DNA of 64,000 nt, taken from positions 64,356,001 to 64,420,000 of the forward strand of contig NC_135761.1 of NCBI RefSeq assembly GCF_052425735.1. Reading direction: 5' to 3'. The position numbers and the translations under genes are program-made. The DNA is from Oculina patagonica. Taxonomy: Eukaryota. The notes beneath the pieces were generated by a model. It saw only the letters and a list, made by a program, of their open reading frames with translations, was not told the origin of the DNA and made no database searches. The number at the start of each line of letters is the position of its first letter. The first letter of the stretch is position 1. Shown here one piece after another: positions 23,778 to 32,988 of this stretch.

Positions 23778-26700
23778 TTACGTACCGAAGTAACCATAGG
23801 GGTATGACATAAACGTGTTGGCATCTACCACTCTCTTGTCGAAAACCACTTGATAGCGCTTGATCTCCGTCACAGTGTTCAGGGTTTTGGTCGTTTTGTC
23901 TCGGGTGATCTTGTGAGGGTTGAACACGGCAATGCTCCTCGTTTCGGCCAAGGGTTCTTTCACTTCGGATTGGACGTTGTCTTTCAATGTCTCAAAGTTG
24001 AGATGGGTGGATCCTCTCACGTTCAAGGAAAAACCCCTTACTTTACAACAGGTTTTTCCCAGTTTCGTCTTGTAGGCATAGTTTTTAGGTCCGGCGGCGG
24101 CAAATTCCACAATGAAGTCATCATCATCTAGCTCGTTAGTAAAGTCTCCCAGGTAATCACCCAACGGTAAGGAGGGTTGCCCTTCTCGATGCTTGTAGAT
24201 GAGGGAATCTGTGTCAAAATACAAGATCTGTTCGGGTTGTAGGATGGAAAGACCTTCCTGGTACAGCTTCAAACGGGCCCAGGTGGTCGTAAAACAGGCC
24301 ACAAAGATGTTGATGTCCGGTTGAACGTTGGCACAGTCCTCCTTGCACTTATGGACCACCTCCAACATCTCTGGATTGACGACCCGGATGTCGTGGATGT
24401 CTCGGGTCTCGTCTCTTAACAAGTCGTGAAACTCAGCTGCAGAGGTGAAGGCTTCGACTTGGGTCTTGTTACCTCTCTGTCCATATTTCCCCCAAAAACT
24501 ATTGAGCATGATCTTGGCCAGGGATCTGCGTCCGGGATTCTTTTCAATCTTGTCCGGATCCAACTGGATGCCTTCTTTGAGAAAGAACTGTCTCAGGTAT
24601 TCCTGACGCTTGTCTGGATCGTCACCCACCCACGAGGGCCACCCGCTCGCTTCCTGCTTCATCTTTAGGAAGGTGTTGACATACTCTTTAAACATGGTGT
24701 TGGATTTGCGGTCAAAGTGCCACACCTCGTGAATGTGTTCCACCACGTACCCTTGCTTGACGGCCTCTTCCAACTCGGGCGTGCACCACGTACCGGTCAG
24801 TTGGCGTTCTTGGGGGGTGTGAGCGCATTTGGAGGATCGTTGGGTCAATGGCTTGGGCTGCTCCACTTCCACGCAGGTACGGCAGAGGGGGAATGTCAGT
24901 TTACCCCCTTGGCGATAGGGCAACACGGGGCTGTACAACCCGTAAGGTGGCGTCACCGTACACTTTGCCAGACCAAAGAATTGTGAAATGTTCGTGTGTC
25001 CCGGTTCTAGGATCACTTCGGGATGCCCTTGAGGGTAGTCAGCATTTTTGTTGACCCAGGGGTACAATGAAGTAAAGTCCACGTACCGGATCTCCTCTTC
25101 TGGCTCGGCAAGGTCATAGAGGCGGACGGCGTTGGTTCTACCGCCAAAGAACGCGTCTCGGGGCTCCAAGCGGGAGTTGATCGACAACGAGTCCACGAAC
25201 GATTTCACCTCGGGATCGTTGTCCTTGAGCGCTTTCCACTGGCATTCCCACATTTCTACCACGCGGTACCCCGCATCCCGGATCCGCTGCGTCTTTTGTT
25301 GCGTTTCCGCGTACACGTCCCTCAGACTTCTGTCGCCCATCTTCCGGTGCTTCTGATCGCGATTGGGAAAACAGTCAGGACAGCCGTGAAAGTAACAGCC
25401 GTGGAACTCGTAAACCGTGTGATCCTCGTACCCGTCGACGTTCATCAGACGGCCTCCAATCCACAAGGCTCGTTCTCCACCGTTCCTAGCGTGGCGGATG
25501 GTGCCCTGCGTCTGGCTGTCTTGATACAGCAACCATTCCAGCGACACCAGGGAGTGAGGTTTGCCCTTGCCTTCCCAGCCTCGTACCGGTTCAGAAGCCA
25601 AGGTCTCTTCTTGCATGCACTTGGTGCGGTAGAAGCGATTACAGGCGGAGGCAATGGTGAGGCATTGCTCCATGGGATCGAAGCCGGCAATGGCTTGAAA
25701 CTCTGCCCGGAAGACCTTGCAACCTTCGTGCAACAGTTCCACGTCTGAGCGACAGTAGTCGACAAGTTCGTTCCGAAAGTGGAACTCGTAATTCTCCGCC
25801 ACGCGTTCCTCGTACCACTTGTCGAATTCGGCTTTCCTGGCAGTGGACATTCCCTCTGGATCGTAATAGTCTCTGGCAGGCATGCTGCCCACATAGTTTT
25901 GGTGTTCCTTCGTGTTGAAAAAGTGGGGGAAAAACCCCTTCTTTTGTTCGGTGAGGCCAAAGGCTTTGGGAAAGGTAGCAAGGCTCATCTGTAGAAAACA
26001 CATGGAGTCCTTAAAGGTGATGTTTGGGATGTTCATGCTGATTATTTTGGCACCATTGACGACTTGTTCAGGGCAGATGGCTTGGTCGTACAACTCGTTT
26101 AGTATGAAATACGAGTCGTAGCCTTGGAAGTTATGAGCGACAGCTATGACGCGGTGTTGTTCGGCGATCTCCCTCAGCCAAGCGAGAAAGTCTTTCACGC
26201 AAGTCTCTCCCTCAAAGGTTCTCCTCTCGTCGGTGTCTCCTCTCAGGGCGCAAATCAAGTTGGCCACGTGCTCGCCTTCTTCCTGCCTGGCTTCGGCGTC
26301 CCAACTGACGAACACGGGTGGTTGGTCTTCTTTGCGTTGACCGGCGCTGGTTCTCTTGCGGTTCTGTTTTTGTTCCACCTTGAGAGGATTTTGTATGTAG
26401 CACTGGTGGTAACGAAGATCTTGGTATTCCTTGCAGGACGGACAGGAAGCATGGCCGCACTTGTGACTGTTTCTCAGTTCATAGTCACCGTAGGTCTTGA
26501 AACACCCCGCACACCGTTTGTGCTTGTCACACACACTGTTCTTCTTGTCTCGGGTCATGTCTTTACCGGTGTCGGTGCGACTCTTGTGCAATTGAAGACA
26601 GCGGGTTCCAAAAAAGTCCCGTTGACAGTCTGTACAGTTCACCCTGGGTACAGCGTGGGCTCTCTTCCATTCGTGGCAATCGGTCTGATGGCAGGCGGCG

Positions 26701-28265
26701 CACCTGGCACCCGGGCAGCGGTGTTGCCTCCGGTCATTGTGGCTGAAGCCCTTTTCGCATTGGGTACAATAGTAACTCTTTCCAAAAAATCCCCCTAGGG
26801 TGGTACAGCCGTGGTAATGGTCATGGTGTTTGATCAAGATCAAACGTTTGTCCTCGGGGCGTTGTGCTCCTTTGAAGATGATCTGGTAACCATGTTGGAC
26901 AGACACTACCACAATCTGGTAAGCGTTCAAGTGGGTTTGAAATTTGGCCAATTCGTCCAACCCGCAAGGACCTTCTGGCACGTCGGACAAACGGTGTAGT
27001 TCCCTGGCAGCCCTTTCCTGTACTGTATCGCACTTCCTTAAGTTGGAGTAGTACCAATGGTCGGTCCCGAAATCGGCACGGGCCTTCATCATCACCAAGG
27101 CGCGGGCACAGCATAACTGGTCGGTGTTTTTTATCTTGAAGACACATTTTTTGCGGTCCAGGATCTGCTCAATGGGGTCCAAACCGGGTTTGTGTTTCTG
27201 GTTGTCTCCCCCTCGGCCTGGATCTTGCACGTGAGACACGTTTAGGTTGAACGTGTCGTCCACTTGAAAAGTCTGATTACTGTTCAGCATGTCACTGATT
27301 TGTTTTAACAGCTGTTGGGCAGCGACGGTGTTTTCTCGCCACTCTCCCACTCTCAGACGTCTGGAATGAAAAGCATTTTGAATCCTGTTACTGTTGATGT
27401 TGATCAACAAGTGGTCGTCATCTCCAACGGCTCCATCATCCAAGATATGGCGCTGCACGGCTCTCTGCAGGGCTCTGGCAATCTGTTGTACGAGTACGGG
27501 GCGCGGTCCTAGGGGTGCGGATTCTACTGCGGCGCCACCACCTGTCTGTATTAAGCGTCCGGTAAAGTTTCTGATGTGGAGCCCAAATCTGCGCACTCTG
27601 CGGTCCACGTGACCTCTCAGTTCAAATTCAAAAGGAGCTTCCATCTTGAAACAAAGGAAATAAGGCAATGAATGGATGGAAAAAAACAAATGTACGTTTT
27701 TTTATCTATATGACTGCCATGTTCGGAGTCATCAGCACTCTTCCAAAGTACAGTGGTCTCGAACAAATCTGCGTACTCTCCGGTCAACGTGGCCTCTCAA
27801 TTGAAAGTCAAAGGCAATAAGGCAATGAATGTACGTTTTTTTATCTATATGATGGCAATGATCGGAGTCATCAGTACTCGTGGAAAGTACAGTGGCCTTT
27901 AAAGTGACTACAAGAACATTTGTCCGTAATTTTCTGTTTTCCTGTACAGCTCATTAGAATATTACACAGCATAAAAGCACATGAAAAACGGGTTACACGA
28001 ATTCACTCTACTCTAATAACTAGTTACCTCTTCATTGGACTCTCCTTCACTTGTGCTTGCACTCGGTTCGCCACCACCACTTGTACTTGCACTCTACGAT
28101 GAAAAGAACATCGTATAAATAAAAAACATTGGCGAATCAAATATAACCCAACGCATCTCATCAACGTACCTCTTCCAATCTAGTTCTCTCCGGGCTCTCA
28201 GCCTCTATATCTTCTCCAGTAGTAGTCTCATCTCCAACCATAGTAGTCTCATCTTCTTCTTCCAT
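23778..28265 (-). CDS. polB: Protein-primed family B DNA polymerase (pPolB); main exon 27644-23778 plus predicted exons 28265-28170 and 28093-28028
   Basis: Exonuclease motifs WDAE and AHNFQGYD; polymerase motifs YVDFTSLYP, KIMLNSFWGKYG, YFDTDS, GPKNY; OTU-like DQLC...HY; Vsr-like VDGY...YEFHGCYFHGC insert. The upstream exons are inferred from GT-AG sites, all phase 0. Confidence 0.95.
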
Positions 28266-28289
28266 TGTAGCGCTCAGACCAAACAAAGT

Positions 28290-28601
28290 TTGCGAGTGAA
28301 TAAATGAGTAAAGTAGCTCCTTTTATACAACTTTTCCATCCCAGAAGAACTGGGCTCTAGTATTCCCATTGGTCAATCGAGGTGACCTGATACAGAATGA
28401 ACCAATGAGATCTCATGATCAATGTCACCCAAGGTGACGGGATTTTCCCCACAAGGGTAAAATCCCAAGCTGACGGGATTTTCCCCACAAGGGTAAAATC
28501 CCGGGATTTCCCCCCAAGGGAAAAATCCCGACGCACGCGCGTGGAGAATCTTTCTCGGAATTCTCGGAATTCTAGGAACCCGCGTGTGTTCATTCTCGGA
28601 A
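28290..28601 (-). promoter_or_regulatory. Putative polB promoter/enhancer: TATA, two CCAAT boxes, six kB-like and four GAS-like sites
   Basis: TATAAAA on minus at 28327-28321; GGGATTTTCC-type sites at 28439-28529; TTCN3GAA at 28552, 28561, 28570 and 28593. Confidence 0.6.
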
Positions 28602-29137
28602 AAGTACAGTAAAACGGACAAAGTTTTCTTGTCGGATTACAGCTCTTTTCAAGAAGGATATAAGCTTTAAGGTGAGCTAATGTCTCCATACTCTACTGTA
28701 CAAGACGAAGAGCGTTTGATAAAATGTATTTACTGCGAAAAATAAATTTGGTTACGTTGTAAATTTTGACGAGTGGTTTGTTTTTGTTCGTGCGGCCATC
28801 ATGAACCGTGCATAGTAAAGAAGAAAAAGGTTTTAGACCCGTTCATTTCGTTCAAGGTTACTTGGTCTAGTTGTGTTTATGGTCAAAAAAAAAAAAGAAA
28901 CCGAACTTTACGAATAAACAAGTCGTTTTTGGTGGACTGAATTATTCTTTTAAGCAAAATTGCTCGCGCAGTTGTCGTTGCATGTCTTTCGTAAACAACA
29001 ACTTCATGCAAACGCCTTCATCTTTTCGCGGTCCCAAAATCGAAGGAACACCCCACTATGATTCAGAATAAAATTAAAAATCTAGCCACCTAGAAGTGAA
29101 GCTTTAACGTTAACTTTTTTTAAAAAACCTAAACAAA

Positions 29138-29830
29138 TGTGTCACCGCCTCCGTTGTGATTTTACCGTTTGGAGAAAAATGTAATTTTAGCGAGCGGTTC
29201 ATTTGGCCGTTGTTCAAATGCATTTGTCTCGAAGAAGAATTTTTTCGCAGCCCTTAAATCAAAAGGGACGTCCAACCATGAACGATATCAGTTCAGTGAA
29301 ACTCAAAGCAAGCCATTGAGCCGAATCTTTCACATTTTTAGACTCTAACAAGTGTGTCAACGACTTTGTTGTGATTTTTCACCGGTCGCAAAAAAATATA
29401 ATTTTAGCGTGCAGTTCATTTGGCCGTTGTTCAAATGCATTTTTCTCGAGGAAAAAATGTTTTTGCGGCCCTTAAATCAAAGAGATGTCCAACCATGAAT
29501 GGTATTAATTTAGTAAAACGCAAAGCAAGTCATTGAGCCGACTCTTTCGCATTTTTAGACTCTAAACAAGTGTGTCATCGAGTTTGTTGTGATTTTTCTT
29601 CGGTCGCTAAAAAATATAATTTTTCATTCGGCCGTGTTCAAATGTTTTTTCTCGAAGAAAAAATGTTTTTGCGGCCCTTATATCAAAAAGGACGTCCAAC
29701 CATGAAAGATATTATTTCGATGAATGTTATTGAGCCGAAAATTTCATATTTTTGGACTCTAAACACAAGTGTCATCGACTTTGTTGTGATTTTCACCGTT
29801 CGCGAAAAAAAATATAATTTAGCGTGCGGT
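29138..29830. repeat. AT-rich tandem repeat of ~200-218-bp units (about 3.3 copies) inside the Polinton
   Basis: Units begin at ~29138, 29353, 29571 and 29770. Confidence 0.85.
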
Positions 29831-29907
29831 ATTTGTTGTTGTTGTTGTTTAAGCGATTGAATCCCATCCTCTCGTAATTCAGTTTCGGCATGGAGCAATT
29901 CTTACAT

Positions 29908-30429
29908 TTATTTAACAACAAAAGTCTGGTACCATAACCAGAAAGCATGACATTCGGTCATTGGACAATGTCCTTCGTATAGATGAAAACCGCAACTAGG
30001 TAAAGGTTCTACAATTGTCTCTTTCAACACGTCGTATTTCGGACATCCGTACAGTTCTAAATTCACGCTAGGAATGTTCAGTTTGTTCAACAAGTCTCTT
30101 TCGACGTGTCCTCCCTTGTAAGCCACCACGGTTCTCTCGGGGGTTTTGGTCTCCTCGTACAAATCCCACATCACCTCCTCCACCCTGTCATACTCGTAGG
30201 CCTTTTCTTCCTTTCTGGGTTGATACGTCAGTCCGTGCACGTTGTATTTGACGTAAGACACGGTTTTTCTGTCTCTGGAAGATAAGTTGCACCACGACAT
30301 TCTCATGTAGAAAGCATGGCGTCCGAACTTTTCTTGCCAAGTGTAATAACCCAACTCGCGTACTCGAAACGTCTTCTCCACAAAGTAACCTTCCAAGTCC
30401 AAGATCATGCACACGTTTTCCGGAGTCAT
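29908..30429 (-). CDS. DEDD-superfamily 3'-5' exonuclease with a Cys/His Zn site
   Basis: ILDLEG (ExoI), VHGL, YKG...ERDLL, CGFH...HCPMTEC. Confidence 0.75.
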   Translation of the reverse strand: MTPENVCMILDLEGYFVEKTFRVRELGYYTWQEKFGRHAFYMRMSWCNLSSRDRKTVSYVKYNVHGLTYQPRKEEKAYEYDRVEEVMWDLYEETKTPERTVVAYKGGHVERDLLNKLNIPSVNLELYGCPKYDVLKETIVEPLPSCGFHLYEGHCPMTECHAFWLWYQTFVVK

Positions 30430-30494
30430 GCCAGAGCCAACTGCACTCTGATGCTTGACGTAGAAAATATATGAAAATGTTTAACCTGTAAATC

Positions 30495-31403
30495 TCAATG
30501 ATCCAAATTAGGATATTGTTTCTGGGAAATGCATCTCAGATACAGTTGATTTCTCAGCATTTTCTCTTCATCCGAGTCGTACTTCACGCCAGCCAATTCC
30601 GGGGGAAGAATAATTTTCCCTTCTCCATCCACCCAAAACTTTTGCTCTTGACACTGTTTGACCAATGACTCGTCCAAGGGAAGATCACCAATCCAATCCT
30701 TGACCGGGGGTGGGTAGTGTTGTACTTTGAAGGCGGGTCTCCCATCCAGAATTCGTTGCGGTCTATCCACCACGTCTTGTCCTCTTCTGGGGTATCCAAA
30801 TTCGTCCCTAGAGTCCAGTCCAGACCTTCTCGAGTAGAGGGGATCCTCGTTTCCCACATATTCCTTTCCTTCCAGCCAGGCTTTGATCTTGCCAAACGGA
30901 ACACTGTCTGCCCATTGGAAGAACCGACATTTCCCTTTTCTGCACTTGAGGTAGATCCTGTTCGGGTTGCTCTCTGATTTCGACATGCTCAGAATGAGAC
31001 TCTCGTTGCAGTAACATTTCATCTTATCCATGTTCCAATAATAGTAAGCCGGTAACTGTTGATTGACCGCCACCACGTACTCGTCAATGTGGGCGCTACC
31101 GGTGCAAATGAAACAGATGGTGCCTTCGCTCGTGTGGGGGCAAAAGTAGAACTCCCATCCCCCGTCCGTCATTCTCTTGGTCAGCGGTTCTTTGTGGACG
31201 GGGCAAACCGGGTCGCGCTCCGTGTCGTCAAAGGTCTGTTGTAGGAACTGGTCGGGATCGAAAATTTCACCCTCCTCCAACACTTCCTCTTTCAACTCCA
31301 TCTTCTTCTTTGTAGGATGTCTCTTTTTACGGGGGACTTTGGGTTTCTTGGGGTTTCCAGTCCCTCTCCTCTGTCGCTTTCTTTGGGGTTCTGCTACGTC
31401 CAT
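30495..31403 (-). CDS. GRF-type zinc-finger protein with an N-terminal basic NLS
   Basis: CYC...SKSESNPNRIYLKC...CRFFQWAD matches zf-GRF; a second CPVH...FYFCP...CFIC finger; KRQRR and RKKR NLS-like runs. Confidence 0.75.
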   Translation of the reverse strand: MDVAEPQRKRQRRGTGNPKKPKVPRKKRHPTKKKMELKEEVLEEGEIFDPDQFLQQTFDDTERDPVCPVHKEPLTKRMTDGGWEFYFCPHTSEGTICFICTGSAHIDEYVVAVNQQLPAYYYWNMDKMKCYCNESLILSMSKSESNPNRIYLKCRKGKCRFFQWADSVPFGKIKAWLEGKEYVGNEDPLYSRRSGLDSRDEFGYPRRGQDVVDRPQRILDGRPAFKVQHYPPPVKDWIGDLPLDESLVKQCQEQKFWVDGEGKIILPPELAGVKYDSDEEKMLRNQLYLRCISQKQYPNLDH

Positions 31404-31451
31404 GGTGCTCTCGATGCTCCAACTGAGGACTAACAGGAGACAACACGGTGC

Positions 31452-31566
31452 TTTTATACTTTACTCTCGGATGACGTCAATACGCACGAACCAACCAGAG
31501 AGGTAACACGTGACCTCTTCCGACCAACCGGCAATGACCCAGGTGACGTCATCCAACGTATAAAAA
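31452..31566. promoter_or_regulatory. Bidirectional promoter between the leftward and rightward gene blocks
   Basis: Divergent TATA boxes (31452-31458 minus; 31559-31566 plus) flank TGACGTCA at 31472 and 31544 and CACGTGAC at 31507. Confidence 0.65.
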
Positions 31567-31601
31567 GAGCTGCGCGTCCATTTGTCGACTCAGTTGTAGC
31601 G

Positions 31602-31877
31602 ATGGAAAGCACAGAGAGCGATTTCAGCCAAACTCAACCTCAAACCCCACAAGTCAACGGTATCTTTGTACAAGGAGATCCCAAGGACTGGGAACCATTG
31701 CCTTACTATAGGGATCTAAAAAGGGGCGATTATCAATCGGACGAAGATTACCTATTGGAGCGCGCGAAACGTGGCATGGAAGCCGGCTACACGTTTATGC
31801 AGTGTCAAGAGCATTGGTTTTGTGATCTGGAGAGTGCATTACACAAAGGTTCGGCCGAAGCAAGCCAAGAGCAGTGA
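31602..31877 (+). CDS. Polinton hypothetical protein (91 aa)
   Basis: First ATG ~35 nt after the TATA box; in tandem with the next ORF. Confidence 0.6.
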   Translation: MESTESDFSQTQPQTPQVNGIFVQGDPKDWEPLPYYRDLKRGDYQSDEDYLLERAKRGMEAGYTFMQCQEHWFCDLESALHKGSAEASQEQ

Positions 31878-31878
31878 C

Positions 31879-32649
31879 ATGGGTACGAGAAAAAACTGGA
31901 TGGACCTGGAACAACGACTCTTCTACACCAATTGTACAAAGCTAGAAAAAAAGATCCAGACCGACACGGGAATGAGTACGTTGTCGTTAGACTATCCCAC
32001 CACCATACCCGAAAACATTCCAAGGAGAGTCTATGTCTTCGAGGACATGGTGAAAGAGCGAGGGTGTGCCAAAAACCGCGTCACCGAAAGTGAATGGCTC
32101 AAAGAGAACCCTCACTGGAAGGGAGCCGTCCTAACGACCCTCAAAGACATTGGGCACGGTTATCTCTGGGATAGACATTGGAATGAATTTGTCTACGTGC
32201 CCTTGCAGCGAGCCTTTTTCTTCGTGACGTCTCGCAAACCGCCGCCCATTGGCAACGGCGTCTCGTTCTGGCTGAACGCGAACGTCTGCGACTTTGACGA
32301 ACGGAGTGGTTTAGAAGATCTCATCGCCCCGTTGAGAGCGAGTGTAGCCCTAAGCCAGACATTGTCTGCTTACTTGAAACAACCCATCACGGTCGACGCA
32401 AACACGTACGAAGAACTGTGCAACCAACTGGCAACTCAAGTAAAATTGCAACGCCTAGAAAGCAATCGCTGGCAAGAAATAGCGGATAGACTGTTAGACA
32501 GAGATCTCTGCAACCGTTGCGCCATGGATAAAGACGAAGCTTACCTGGGCGACGACTACCAAAAAGCCAAACTGTGGAGACCTAGAAGTTGCGAAACATG
32601 TACAAAATCTTTTGATAACATATTTATTGATGCAGGCTATTTAAATTGA
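31879..32649 (+). CDS. Polinton hypothetical protein with a C-terminal CxxC...CxxC motif
   Basis: Open frame; ATG 1 nt after the upstream stop; CNRC/CETC; AATAAA at ~32659. Confidence 0.65.
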   Translation: MGTRKNWMDLEQRLFYTNCTKLEKKIQTDTGMSTLSLDYPTTIPENIPRRVYVFEDMVKERGCAKNRVTESEWLKENPHWKGAVLTTLKDIGHGYLWDRHWNEFVYVPLQRAFFFVTSRKPPPIGNGVSFWLNANVCDFDERSGLEDLIAPLRASVALSQTLSAYLKQPITVDANTYEELCNQLATQVKLQRLESNRWQEIADRLLDRDLCNRCAMDKDEAYLGDDYQKAKLWRPRSCETCTKSFDNIFIDAGYLN

Positions 32650-32676
32650 CGTTGTATAAATAAAAGTTCATTTGTC

Positions 32677-32988
32677 ATGGATCTGTATGGAAAGTGGGAG
32701 TGGTTGAAAAGATTGTGCGAGAAAGCGTATGCTGAATTTGGGAGGGGTATAGATATACCGGAAGATACGAATGACTCCCCCTTGAGAGTGTTCGAAGCCA
32801 CCCACATAGAACAAAACTATTTCAGATTGATACCGTTTATATTATGGTTGAGACATTTCAAAGATCCCGACGAGCTGTTTGCCTCCATTTACAAACTTCA
32901 TCCGACCGCGATCAAAGAGGCAGCTCATAAATTACACGACACTTACATGAGGGTGGTCAGAGCATCGTCGACATGCCAAAGAAGCTGA
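32677..32988 (+). CDS. Polinton hypothetical protein (103 aa)
   Basis: ORF overlapping the integrase start. Confidence 0.55.
   Translation: MDLYGKWEWLKRLCEKAYAEFGRGIDIPEDTNDSPLRVFEATHIEQNYFRLIPFILWLRHFKDPDELFASIYKLHPTAIKEAAHKLHDTYMRVVRASSTCQRS

Noticed and set aside
23850-27612. Numerous plus-strand and alternate-frame ORFs over polB
   Set aside because: Shadow ORFs of a GC-richer coding region, with no motifs.
28545-28601. Heat-shock element
   Set aside because: The spacing is TTC-N3-GAA (STAT-type), not the nGAAnnTTCn phase needed for HSF.
28357-28689. Short ORFs over the kB/GAS cluster
   Set aside because: Their repetitive peptides simply mirror the DNA motif repeats.
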